From positions 115,630,001-115,694,000 of the forward strand of contig NC_042997.1 of assembly GCF_006345805.1 (NCBI RefSeq): a stretch of DNA of 64,000 nt, given 5' to 3'. Below are positions 50,307 to 63,212 of this stretch, piece after piece. The translations under genes and the position numbers were made by a program. The first letter of the stretch is position 1. Each line of letters starts with the position of its first letter. The notes beneath the pieces are model-generated. The model was not told the DNA's origin and did no database searches. It saw only the letters and a program-made list of their open reading frames with translations. This DNA is from Octopus sinensis (taxonomy: Eukaryota).

Positions 50307-50368
50307 GGGCTCGTCCAGGATTCGAACCCGGGACCTCTCGCACCCCAAGCTAGAATCATACCCCTAGA
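50307..50368 (-). pseudogene. 5'-truncated tRNA-Pro (loop reads GGG)
   Basis: Tandem copy of 48956-49017. Confidence 0.85.
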
Positions 50369-51192
50369 GGGGTGATGAAATGGTAGAATCGTTAGAGTGT
50401 TGCTAAAAATGCATAGTGGTATTTGTTCCGGATCTTTATGATCTGAGTTCAAATCACGTAAGATCCAACTTCGACTTTCATCTTTCGCGGTTGATGAAGT
50501 AAGATGCTTCAGGGATATTCGAACCAGCAATGTAACCATTCACTGCATTTATCATTTGAGAAAATTTCCTCTGAAGACAGTGTGGAGCGTTCCGTAACCT
50601 GACTGGTTGATGCATGCATTTCTCTGTGGTTTTCTCCTCTCTGCACCAGAGCCCGGAGAGGAAGACGCTGCTTGTTTGCATCTGCGCGTATCATTGTTTA
50701 AAACTTTCTGTATCAGATTTATTTCTGTACCATAATTCCTTGTTGCAAATACAACAAACAATGCATTCATAACAAAAGAAAAAAAAAAATGAAACGAGAA
50801 TTGGGCTCCTCTTCAACATTTTTATCTAATGTTATACAAGAAACTCGGCTCTGAACACGGAGTGTTGTTTCAGACAATTCAATGCGTTGTGGATTTTGGT
50901 CTGCTTCGCATTCACGATTTGCTCTTCAGAGCGAAGTATCTAAGAGAAAGCTATGTTAAACAAAGAAAGGCATTCAAATTTCGTATGAAATTAATCCAGG
51001 TGTGTTGGGGTTCGTTTTGGCGAGAGGTCCTGGATGAATCCCAATGCATAATGTTCCATTGTTCCTCTTCTTTTGTACAAGACCGCTTTTATTTGTTATT
51101 ATTCAATTTGCTTCAGCATCCTTCATTTTATAAATTCAGACATCTCTTCCCTACAGTGCAGATATGTTGAATACATATACATCTCTTTTATT

Positions 51193-51632
51193 CTCTTTTA
51201 CTTGTTTCAGTCATTTGACTGCGGCCATGATGGAGCATCGCCTTTAGTCGAGCAAATCGCCCCCAGGACTTATTCTTTGTAAACCTAGTACTTATTCTAT
51301 CGGTCTCTTTTTGCCGTACCGCTAGGTTACGGAGAGGTAAACACACCAGCATCAGTTGTCAAGGGATGTTGAGGGGACAAACACAGACACACAAACATAT
51401 ACACACACATACATACATACATATATATATTATATTATATATATATTATATATATATATATACAATATACATGACGGGCTTCTTTCAGTTTCCGTCTACC
51501 AAATCCGCTCACAAGGCTTTGATCGGCCCGAAGCTATAGTAGAAGACACTTGCCCGAGGCACCACACAGTGGGAATGAACCCGGAACCATGTGGTTGGTG
51601 AGCAAGCTACTTGCCACACAGCCACTCCTGCA
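51193..51632 (-). mobile_element. SINE family A (copy ~60775-61214)
   Basis: Consensus on minus strand; positional paralog of 26237. Confidence 0.85.
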
Positions 51633-51716
51633 ACTAAAGATACCAATTGTTTACTATAATTCTTTGCTCAAAATACAGTAACATTTTACTTATTTATATT
51701 TTTTAAAAAGTGAAGA

Positions 51717-51763
51717 GATCTCTCGCACCCAAAACGAGATTCATACCACTTAGACCAACGAAC
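51717..51763 (-). pseudogene. tRNA-Pro(TGG) 5'-half relic
   Basis: Paralog of 26686; T arm lost. Confidence 0.65.
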
Positions 51764-51825
51764 GTCACACTTGAGCAAGTTCTAAGTTTTCCTATTTCTT
51801 TTCAAAAGGCAAGTAAGCGTGCATG

Positions 51826-51961
51826 CATGCATGTATGTATGTATGTATGTATGTATGTATGTATGTATGTATGTATGTATGTATGTATGTATGTATGTAT
51901 GTATGTATGCATGCATGCATGTATGTATGTATGTATGTATGTATGTATGTATGTATGTATA
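51826..51961. repeat. (ATGT)n microsatellite (copy ~61408-61543)
   Basis: Direct reading. Confidence 0.95.
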
Positions 51962-52357
51962 TTATGTCATTTTTGATTATATTAATATCGTGTAATCAAA
52001 TAAAAACTGTCGTATGATCGGGCCGTTAGCGACTAAACCGGCAACACTACCAAGCCTGGGTGATAAGGAAGGTGTGGTTTATTTGGGCACCCGGTTGGAC
52101 GAAAAACAAAACCTGTCGAAGGACCAACTAACTAAGATGAGTCCACTGCCATTTAACTGCTGGGAGTAAGAGACCCCTAGTCTTTGTATAGTCATCTCTG
52201 AAGGAGATGGAAATTCCGTTATAACACCCGCCTCACCGCTAAGCCGGAATTCTTGTTCCGTTATTTATCTATGATGATGATGTTGATGATGAAATTATAG
52301 GAAAAATAAAATATTGCAAGTAATCTAAATAGCAAGCAAAAAGTAAAGTAAATTATT

Positions 52358-52420
52358 TGGCTCGTCCGGGATTCGAATTCGAGACCTCTCGCACACGAAG
52401 CGAAAAATCAAGCCCCAAGA
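52358..52420 (-). pseudogene. 5'-truncated tRNA-Pro relic (loop reads CGT)
   Basis: Paralog of 27252. Confidence 0.75.
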
Positions 52421-53439
52421 CATGTCAGACATGTGAACGAATCGGCTGGTTTCAACGCTCTGCAAAGGGCTTAAGCGTCCAAAGCGGGTTTGTTTTTTTT
52501 ATATATAAGAGTAGGGAAAGTAAGTTCTAGAAAATTGAATCACGCGATGGCTTCACGTTGACTACTTGCTTGAATTTTCGGGAACGAGTTAATCGATTAC
52601 ATCGACCCCAGTGTTTAAATGGTGCTTATTTTATCGATCCCGGAACGCTTAAAGGCGAAGTTAATCTTAGAAGGCATTTGAAACAGAACATAAAGATGGA
52701 CGAATGCCGCCAAGCATTTTGTCCGGCGTGCTACAATTCAACCAGCGTGCCGCATTAGAACACATTCTCGTTATTACGAAATAAGAAGGGTGATGGGTTG
52801 ACAGAGTTATTAGGGCGTTGCCTAAAATGCTTAGTGGCATTTCTTCCGGCACTTTATGACCTGATTTGAAATCACGTGAGATCTAACTTACATCCTTCGC
52901 GTTTGATGAAAAAAAGGTTTGAAGTATATTCGAACTCGCCATAAAAACCATTGGTATTTATTGTCAGAGAAAATTGCTCTCTGTAAACAGTTTGGAATAT
53001 TACCTAACCTGATTGGTTGACGCATGCATTTCTCAGTGGTTTTCTCATCTTCAGAACCAGACTTCGGAAAGGAAGAGGCTATAAGGTTTTATCTGCGTGC
53101 ATCATGGCGTAGAGCTTTCATTCGGTATTTGATTTCTTGGATCTTTACCAATTGACCTACAGATTTAAAAATAATTTTATGTAACTAAACACTTTCAAAC
53201 TACGGATACTAGTAGAATGTGTCATATAAAACATCTTTGGCTCTTAGCGTTTTTGAGAAAAACTTATATTTACAAAGTTATTTCACGCAAAAGTTCTCGT
53301 ATTTCGGTAATTTCAACTAATCAATAACGTGTATTCAGCTGAATAAAATTACAGCCTTTGTTTGTCAACAATAAAGTATAAACACACACACATATATTTT
53401 AACAATGAATATGATACCTTACACCAATCGAGGGGGTGC

Positions 53440-53511
53440 TGCTCGTTGGTCTAGGGGTATGATTCTCGCTTTAGGTGTGAGAGGTCCCGGGTTCGATTCC
53501 CGGGCGGGCCC
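53440..53511 (+). tRNA. Pro-body tRNA with TAG (Leu-reading) anticodon; function uncertain
   Basis: 72 nt; loop TT-TAG-GT; A and B boxes intact; U1.C72 mismatch and three G:U pairs not in canonical Pro. Confidence 0.55.
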
Positions 53512-53558
53512 ATAAATTTTTATTAATTTTTTTTTTTATATATTTATAAAAAATTTAT

Positions 53559-53630
53559 GGGCTCGTCCGGGACTCGAACCCGGGACCTCTCGCACCCGAA
53601 GCGAGAATCATACCCCTAGACCAACGAGCC
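53559..53630 (-). tRNA. tRNA-Pro(CGG)
   Basis: Canonical, T-loop TTCGAGT. Confidence 0.95.
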
Positions 53631-54453
53631 AACCGTAAGAAACCGTGATAATATGTAAGAAGTAGAAAACTCTGATACACAACTTACAAACGTTGTCTCT
53701 ATTTCACATCTCTTCGAATTTTAAAAATTCGGACCACATCGTATGAGCTGGACCGAAGTTCTCTTTTCTAGATTGATTCTGGTGATTAACAACTCTCGTT
53801 CTTGTAAACGTTTTATTACTAATTAATAATTTAATGTCTCTAAGTTTAATTTCTCGGTTTTAATTAATGCACCTAGTGTTAAATATGTGGGCAGTGGGTC
53901 TGAGAGTGTTGCGAGCGGGGGGGTTTGTGGGCTGGTCTTAGATGATCCCTGGTTGAGTTGACGACTGAAAATGTTATTTGGGGCTACGCGAAGAAATAAC
54001 TGAACAGCACCCACGAACATTTAACACAAGATTTTATTATCGCACATAAACACAAACTGTGTTGGCCCTTTACAAATAACAACTACAATAATTACATACT
54101 AGGAGTGACATGTTACCCGGCAAGCTTACTGATACACGCAATCTGTGACTGACCCGTGGTACCGAGAAACAATTGTGCTATCGACAATCAGTCATCTATC
54201 TCAAGATAGTCTGACTGTTCCTCAACAAACTACCCCGCAAGTGATGAGGCATATGTAGGAATTGGCTGGTTTCAACGCTCTACAAAGATTTCAAGCGCTA
54301 AAATGAAGGACGTGAAGAGAATTGAATATAGTGATCCTTCGATTAGCGCGGGTGTTACGTTCCAAAACCCCAGGCAATAGATAAAATCCGCTGGAAGTAT
54401 GGATATTCGAACCAGCAATTTTCATTTATTTATTTATAAAAAATGAAACTGAA

Positions 54454-54525
54454 GGGTCTGTCCGGGATTTGAACCCGGGACCTCTCGCACACAAAGCGAG
54501 AACCATACCCCTAGACCAACGAGCC
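54454..54525 (-). pseudogene. Pro-body tRNA with TGT anticodon, acceptor mismatches
   Basis: Loop TT-TGT-GT; C3.A70 and C5.A68 mismatches; T arm intact. Confidence 0.7.
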
Positions 54526-54861
54526 TAATACTATCGAGCTTTCTAAATTTTCCTATTTCCTTTTAAAAGACAAGTTTCAAGCATGCATGCATGTTAGTTT
54601 GTATGTAGATCAGGTCGTTTTGGTGTTAATAGTAACGATGGCCAAATAAAAACTGTTGCATGATCGGGAACGGGTTAGTCAATTACATCGACCCCAGCGT
54701 TTAGATCGTGCTTATTTTATCGAACCCGAAAAGCTGAATGACAAAGGGAATTTGAAACCGAACATGAAGACGGACGAGCTTTCATTCTGTATCAGATTTA
54801 TTTCAGTACCATAATTCTATGTTGCAAATATAATACAAAATACATTTATAACAAAAATAAA

Positions 54862-54933
54862 GGGCTCGTCCGGGATTCGAACCCGGGACCTCTCGCACCC
54901 AAAGCGAGAATCATACCCCTAGACCAACGAGCC
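54862..54933 (-). tRNA. tRNA-Pro(TGG)
   Basis: Perfect canonical sequence. Confidence 0.96.
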
Positions 54934-55340
54934 TCACTTGCTAGCAAAAGTCTAAATTATCATATTTCCCCTGAAAAAGCAAGTATTAATAAATGAATCG
55001 GAAAATATACGGGGAATAGTAAATTCTGAAACTCACCTTGCACACATATGTATCTATTTCACTATTTATTGCTTGTTGCAGTCACTAGACTGTGGCCATG
55101 CTGTGCATATGTGAAGTATATTTGCCATCTAAATGTGGTTAACCACTAAGGGTGGATGTTACTGTAGCTTGTAGCCCAAGGAGAACATCTTCTACAAGCT
55201 ACAAGCTACAGTAGCATCCACCTTTAGTGGTTAACCACATTTATATGGCAAATATACTTCACATTGTCGTGCAGTTGCTGTTTACCTCGTGCAGAGATTA
55301 TTATATATGTGTATATATACATACATACATACATATATAT

Positions 55341-55461
<121 letters not shown>

Positions 55462-55697
55462 CTATATTATATATATATATATAACACATATATATATACG
55501 TATATATACACACTATATACATACATATAAATATTAATATATAAATATACATACATATAAATATTAATATTCCTAAATCTCTCAAAAGGAGAATACGGCA
55601 GCGGGACTGGATATTAATAGTTATCGCCAAGCTAACATGGTAGTCCAGGAAAATAGGATGAATGCTGCCGTTGATTAGCTCCAAGAGGCATACATAC

Positions 55698-55793
<96 letters not shown>

Positions 55794-56472
55794 TCAGTAA
55801 TATATTTTTTACTATAGGCACAAGGTTCGACGTTATGAGCGAAAGGTTTAGGCGATTACATCGACTCCTATGCTCAACCCTTACTTATTTTAGCCCTGAA
55901 ATGATGAAAGGATGAAAGAATTTAACCTCAGAACGTAAAGACGGACAAAATGCTGCTAAGCCCTTTGTCCGGCGTGACAACGATTCTGCCAGATAGACGA
56001 TACATAGAAAAAACGCAGCCGGCTAATTCGAAGCTTTTTATCTTCAGTCAAGAACCGGATCATCCTCGCAATTTCGGCTGATTAATCTTGAGATTGCTCC
56101 AATTTGGCCAGCCCCAAGGAAAAACTAACTCAAGAGCATTAGATTCCTTGGAAAAGAGCATCGAATGTATACGAAATGAGGACGGAAAAGCAGACGATGC
56201 ATGTATGTACTACGTACGTACGCACGCACGCACGCACGCACGCACGCACAAACGTACGTAGAGAGAGGGATGGGGAGAAAATGGATCTCTAGTTTATAAT
56301 AAAAATACAGTATTACAAATCCAGTGGCAGATAGCCTTACCTAACAGTTGCTAAATCTGTGTGACCCTCGAAAGGACAAGAACAGGAATGATGAAAGTAT
56401 AAGGAAAATAAAGTATTGCATTTGATGTAAATAGCAAAAATATATAAAAGAAAAAAAGTGAAATACCGTGTT

Positions 56473-56531
56473 GGGCTCGTCCGGGACCTCTCGCACCCTA
56501 AGCGAAAAGCATACCCCTAGACCAACGAGCC
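56473..56531 (-). pseudogene. tRNA-Pro(AGG) lacking 13 nt of T arm
   Basis: 59 nt; intact paralog at 34889. Confidence 0.9.
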
Positions 56532-56595
56532 AACTGCTAATAAGCTCGAAAATATACGGGAAATAGTAAATTCTGAAACTCACCTTGCACACATA

Positions 56596-56824
56596 CTCTT
56601 TTATTCTTTTACTCTTTTACTTGTTTCAGTCATTTGACTGCGGCCATGCTGGAGCACCGCTTTTAATCGAGTAACTCGACCCCGGGACTTATTCTTTTGT
56701 AAGCCCAGTACTTATTCTATCGGTCTCTCTTTGCCGAACCGCTAAGTAATGGGGACATAAACACACCAGCATCGGTTCAAGCGATGTTGGGGGAAAAACA
56801 ACAGACACACAAACACACACACCG

Positions 56825-56884
<60 letters not shown>

Positions 56885-57034
56885 TACGACGGGCTTCTTT
56901 CAGTTTCCGTCTACCAAATCCACTCACAAGGCTTTGGTCGGCCCGAGGCTATAGTAGAAGACACTTGCCCAAGGTGCCACGCAGTGGGACTGAACCTGGA
57001 ACCATGTGGTTGGTAAATAAGCTACTTACCACAC
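56596..57034 (-). mobile_element. SINE family A, paralog-specific insertion
   Basis: Absent at the equivalent site ~35022. Confidence 0.88.
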
Positions 57035-57264
57035 ATTCACTATTTATTGCTTGTTGCAGTCATTAGACTGTGGCCATGCTGGGCAGCACCTTCTACAATT
57101 TTAGTCAAGCGAATCATCAATCCAAGTACTCGTTATTTTTGAAGTCAGGTGCGTATTTTGTCGTTTTTGGTATTGACCAACCGTAAAAACACCAACACCC
57201 CGGCTGCGAAGCTGTTGCGGACGACAAACACAGAAATAAGATACACACACACACACACACACAC

Positions 57265-57337
<73 letters not shown>

Positions 57338-57389
57338 CCTTTAAAATGTTTCAGCCCGAAAGCTGCAGCCATGCTGGGGCACCACCGTT

Positions 57390-57422
<33 letters not shown>

Positions 57423-58259
57423 GGCGGGCTTCCGTCCGATCACCCTAGGTCGGCCGGAGGCTAGAGTAGAAGACATTTGTCTAGAGCAGTGGTTCTCAAC
57501 CACATTTTTTTTTATCTATGGACCCCCTTCGGTTACTATTTTAGGTAGGTCACTATTCCCATGGCCAATAGATGTTTGAAAGTTAATTTTACAGATACTG
57601 CTTTCAAAATTATTATTTTGCTGGTCGCATATTCAGTTTGGCGGAACCATTTCAGTTGAACTATGTGAAACATCAGAGAGAGAAACATGCTAATTTCTTG
57701 CAATGAAGACATCCACAGCAAAATCGTTCCACGGGCCAATGAAATAATATTGTGGACACCATTTTTATTTTGCATTTGTAGACCCACTAAACTCTTTTAT
57801 GGACTCCGGTTAAGAACCATTGGTTCAGAGGTGTGGCTTTCTTCTCGGATGCGAAATGTCTCAGGTTCAAAATACAAATGAATACCGGTTAATTATTTTA
57901 TTCATTAATAACCGGAGATATTCTGAAACATCAGAAATGTCCTCTCTACTATAGGAACAAGGTTCGACGTTCTGGGCGAAAAGGTTAGATTACATCGACT
58001 CCTGCGCTCAACTCCCAGTTATTTCAGCCCCGAAAGGATGAAAGGGTGAAAGAATTTCACCTCAGAACGTAAAGACGGCAAAATGCTGCTAAGCACTTCG
58101 TCCGGCGTGATAACGATTCTGCCTGTTCGCTTCCCTCGAAACATCCGAAATATCAAAAACACAAACTCGTTCAATTTACTAAAATTTAAATTAAGTTACA
58201 GAAATGAAAGTGATGTTTTAAAAAGTATAATATCAGAAGTGTAAATGAAGAAAATTATT

Positions 58260-58331
58260 GGGCTCGTCCGGGATTCGAACCCGGGACCTCTCGCACCCTA
58301 AGCGAAAATCATACCCCTAGACCAACGAGCC
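58260..58331 (-). tRNA. tRNA-Pro(AGG), U27 variant
   Basis: 72 nt canonical except C27T; paralog of 40135. Confidence 0.93.
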
Positions 58332-58888
58332 AACTGATAAGCGTACTTCAAACTAAACTATAGATACTAACTTCTCAAATCCAACTTACCTTCATATGTG
58401 TCTATTTCACTATATGACTTGATATGTGAATAAAACGGGACACGTCATCTGTGCCAGACTGCAATCTTCTCTTATCTGTTAATTCTAATTATTAACTAAT
58501 CATGGTCTTATGTATGATCTATGGCTAATTAATAATTCATTGTTCAAGGTCTAAAGTCTCAGTTCGCATTGATAGACCCTGTACTGGAGAGCGGATATGA
58601 GTGTAAACCAGACAAACGTTTCATCGATTCAATAGAACGAGATGTATTTGGAAACATAATACTAGAAAGGAAAGAAATACTTTTTTTTTTTACAATATTT
58701 GCAAACATTTCAGTCAGTCATTGTTGGAATTATCAGCGCGGAAAAAAAAATATATTAGCGATTAGCGACAGAGGAATCTTAGTCAAACTAAAGCGAGAAA
58801 AAAAAAAAAAAGAAAAACAACTTGCTCTATACGAATATGACCAAAAAAATGCGCGCTCGCGAAAGGGGGTTGGGGGAGAGGACTCGGT

Positions 58889-58925
<37 letters not shown>

Positions 58926-60242
58926 ATCTTGATAATCGGTTAGAACAAGTAGTTTTACCCCAATTGCACTATTTAAAAAAAATTTTTTCCGGCTCGGGTC
59001 AAACACTATAATTTAAAGGCCATTGTTTGACGATGTGGATTTTCCGAAACCTCTCCCCCACCCCCAACCCCCTTTCGCGAGCGCGCATTTTTTTGGGTTT
59101 TTTGTTTTTTGTCATATTCGTATAGAGCAAGTAGTTTTGCACCTATTACACCATTTTTCTCTTGTTTCTTGGATCTGGTGAGGCGCCTCGGAACATTCAC
59201 GATGTGAATTTTCCAAGTCCTTTCCCCCACCCACCCCTTCGTGAGCGCGCGGTTTTTTTTTTGTGATATTCGTATAGAGCAAGTAGTTTTACACCTATTA
59301 CACTATTTCTCTTGTTTTTTTTGCTCGGGTCAAACGCTTTAGTTTGACCGGAATCTTTCGTAACATATTAATTAGCGCATCCAACCTAACACCCAGGCAT
59401 TGTTTATAACGCTGTTGGCTCCGATAAACATCCCGAGAAATTACCTCGCGCAGACAAGTGCTTAACTCTAGCATTCAGATCATTTTGTCAAAAGTAATGT
59501 CTGTTTATTTAAATTTGCTGTTAAAATTAATATATTATCCGTAAGTTTGGGATTCCAAAGATGTGAATGTCTATTTCTATAATGGTATTGCAGGTTAGGT
59601 GTGAGAGGTTAGATCTGGCCAGGTGAAAGACTTGGGCCGGATGTGGCCAATTTAAGTGCTAAATGGTTAAAAGCTCAAACAATAGGAGTGGTTGTGTGGT
59701 AAGTAGCTTGCTTGCCAACCACATGGTTCCGGGTTCAGTCCCACTGCGTGGCACCTTGGCCAAGTGTTTCTAATATGGCCTCGGGCCGACCAAAGCTTTG
59801 TAAGTGGATTTGGTAGACGGAAACTGAAAGAAACCCATCGTGTGTGTGTGTGTGTGTGTCTGTCTGTCTGTCTGTCTCTGTGTCTGTGACAACCAATGCT
59901 GGTGTGTTTACGCCCCCGTAACTTAGCGGTTCGGCTGAAGAGACCGGTGGAATAAGTACTAGGCTTACATAAAATAAGTCGATTTGTTCGAATAAAGGCG
60001 GTGCTCCAGCATGGCCGCAGTCAAATAAAAGAATAAAGTATATCGGTAGACGATATTTCATCAGCACCGGTAGGTGGCACTGTTGTATCACGTGATTTTA
60101 CCATATTGCGGATCACCAGAAAGAGGCAGCCAAATACCGAATGCCAGACCGAAAAATCAATCAAACCGATATAGTTTTTAACACCGGCTAAAACTCCGTG
60201 AAAATATATCGAAAGAAATTTAAGCGCCGACATCGCTAAAAG

Positions 60243-60281
60243 TAGGGGCATTATTCTTGCTTTAAGTGCGAGAGATCCTCG
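60243..60281 (+). pseudogene. tRNA-Pro internal relic
   Basis: Copy of 42156-42194. Confidence 0.45.
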
Positions 60282-60505
60282 TCGTTTTCATTAAATAATG
60301 TTCATATCATGTTTTTTGTTTTTCTATTTTCTTTCCTGTCTGAATATTCAACTTACATATCCGGTCTCAAATCAAAAACCTTCAGTAGGAATCATTAACT
60401 TTCTTGTCTAAAGTATGAAAAGCAAAGTTGACCTCGGCGGTATTTGAACTCAGAACGTAAAGACAAACGAAATACCGCTAACCCGGTGTGCTAACGATTC
60501 TGCTA

Positions 60506-60605
60506 NNNNNNNNNNNNNNNNNNNNNNNNNNNNNNNNNNNNNNNNNNNNNNNNNNNNNNNNNNNNNNNNNNNNNNNNNNNNNNNNNNNNNNNNNNNNNNN
60601 NNNNN
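60506..60605. other. assembly gap (100 N)
   Basis: Run of N. Confidence 0.99.
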
Positions 60606-61298
60606 GTCCTGGATGAATCCCATGCATAATGTTCGTGTTCCATTGTTCCTCTTCTTTTGTACAAGACCGCTTTTATTTGTTTTATTATTCAATTTGCTTC
60701 AGCATCCTTCATTTTATAAATTCAGACATCTCTTCCCTACAGTGCAGATATGTTGAATACAGATACATCTCTTTATTCTCTTTTACTTGTTTCAGTCATT
60801 TGACTGCGGCCATGATGGAGCAATCGCCTTTAGTCGAGCAAATCGCCCCCAGGACTTATTCTTGTAAACCTAGTACTTATTCTATCGTCTCTTTTTGCCG
60901 TATACCGCTAGGTTAGGGAGAGTAAACCCACCAGCATCAGTTGTCAAGGGATGTTGAGGGGACAAACACAGACACACAAACATATACACACACATACATA
61001 CATACATATATATATTATATTATATATATATTATATATATATATATACAATATACATGACGGGCTTCTTTCAGTTCCGTCTACCAAATCCGCTCACAAGG
61101 CTTTGATCGGCCCGAAGCTATAGTAGAAACCTTGCCCGAGGCACCACACAGTGGGAATGAACCCGGAACCATGTGGTTGGTGAGCAAGCTACTTGCCACA
61201 CAGCCACTCCTGCAACTAAAGATACCAATTGTTTACTATAATTCTTTGCTCAAAATACAGTAACATTTTACTTATTTATATTTTTTAAAAAGTGAAGA

Positions 61299-61345
61299 GA
61301 TCTCTCGCACCCAAAACGAGATTCATACCACTTAGACCAACGAAC
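61299..61345 (-). pseudogene. tRNA-Pro(TGG) 5'-half relic
   Basis: Copy of 51717-51763. Confidence 0.65.
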
Positions 61346-61939
61346 GTCACACTTGAGCAAGTTCTAAGTTTTCCTATTTCTTTTCAAAAGGCAAGTAAGC
61401 GTGCATGCATGCATGTATGTATGTATGTATGTATGTATGTATGTATGTATGTATGTATGTATGTATGTATGTATGTATGTATGTATGTATGCATGCATGC
61501 ATGTATGTATGTATGTATGTATGTATGTATGTATGTATGTATATTATGTCATTTTTGATTATATTAATATCGTGTAATCAAATAAAAACTGTCGTATGAT
61601 CGGGCCGTTAGCGACTAAACCGGCAACACTACCAAGCCTGGGTGATAAGGAAGGTGTGGTTTATTTGGGCACCCGGTTGGACGAAAAACAAAACCTGTCG
61701 AAGGACCAACTAACTAAGATGAGTCCACTGCCATTTAACTGCTGGGAGTAAGAGACCCCTAGTCTTTGTATAGTCATCTCTGAAGGAGATGGAAATTCCG
61801 TTATAACACCCGCCTCACCGCTAAGCCGGAATTCTTGTTCCGTTATTTATCTATGATGATGATGTTGATGATGAAATTATAGGAAAAATAAAATATTGCA
61901 AGTAATCTAAATAGCAAGCAAAAAGTAAAGTAAATTATT

Positions 61940-62002
61940 TGGCTCGTCCGGGATTCGAATTCGAGACCTCTCGCACACGAAGCGAAAAATCAAGCCCCAA
62001 GA
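61940..62002 (-). pseudogene. 5'-truncated tRNA-Pro relic
   Basis: Copy of 52358-52420. Confidence 0.75.
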
Positions 62003-63024
62003 CATGTCAGACATGTGAACGAATCGGCTGGTTTCAACGCTCTGCAAAGGGCTTAAGCGTCCAAAGCGGGTTTGTTTTTTTTATATATAAGAGTAGGGAA
62101 AGTAAGTTCTAGAAAATTGAATCACGCGATGGCTTCACGTTGACTACTTGCTTGAATTTTCGGGAACGAGTTAATCGATTACATCGACCCCAGTGTTTAA
62201 ATGGTGCTTATTTTATCGATCCCGGAACGCTTAAAGGCGAAGTTAATCTTAGAAGGCATTTGAAACAGAACATAAAGATGGACGAATGCCGCCAAGCATT
62301 TTGTCCGGCGTGCTACAATTCAACCAGCGTGCCGCATTAGAACACATTCTCGTTATTACGAAATAAGAAGGGTGATGGGTTGACAGAGTTATTAGGGCGT
62401 TGCCTAAAATGCTTAGTGGCATTTCTTCCGGCACTTTATGACCTGATTTGAAATCACGTGAGATCTAACTTACATCCTTCGCGTTTGATGAAAAAAAGTG
62501 TTTGAAGTATATTCGAACTCGCCATAAAACCATTCACTGTATTTATTGTCAGAGAAAATTGCTCTCTGTAAACAGTTTGGAATATTACCTAACCTGATTG
62601 GTTGACGCATGCATTTCTCAGTGGTTTTCTCATCTTCAGAACCAGACTTCGGAAAGGAAGAGGCTATAAGGTTTTATCTGCGTGCATCATGGCGTAGAGC
62701 TTTCATTCGGTATTTGATTTCTTGGATCTTTACCAATTGACCTACAGATTTAAAAATAATTTTATGTAACTAAACACTTTCAAACTACGGATACTAGTAG
62801 AATGTGTCATATAAAACATCTTTGGCTCTTAGCGTTTTTGAGAAAAACTTATATTTACAAAGTTATTTCACGCAAAAGTTCTCGTATTTCGGTAATTTCA
62901 ACTAATCAATAACGTGTATTCAGCTGAATAAAATTACAGCCTTTGTTTGTCAACAATAAAGTATAAACACACACACATATATTTTAACAATGAATATGAT
63001 ACCTTACACCAATCGAGGGGGTGC

Positions 63025-63096
63025 TGCTCGTTGGTCTAGGGGTATGATTCTCGCTTTAGGTGTGAGAGGTCCCGGGTTCGATTCCCGGGCGGGCCC
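63025..63096 (+). tRNA. Pro-body tRNA with TAG anticodon; function uncertain
   Basis: Identical to 53440-53511. Confidence 0.55.
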
Positions 63097-63140
63097 ATAA
63101 ATTTTTTATTAATTTTTTTATATATTTATAAAAAATTTAT

Positions 63141-63212
63141 GGGCTCGTCCGGGACTCGAACCCGGGACCTCTCGCACCCGAAGCGAGAATCATACCCCTA
63201 GACCAACGAGCC
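63141..63212 (-). tRNA. tRNA-Pro(CGG)
   Basis: Identical to 53559-53630. Confidence 0.93.

Larger units (their letters stand above)
48570..51270 (+). repeat. near-identical ~1.35-kb tandem duplication
   Basis: Period ~1350; includes a SINE and a truncated tRNA. Confidence 0.9.

Noticed and set aside
50307-50368. Rare tRNA-Pro(GGG)
   Set aside because: 5'-truncated copy in an error-prone tandem duplicate; its sister copy reads TGG
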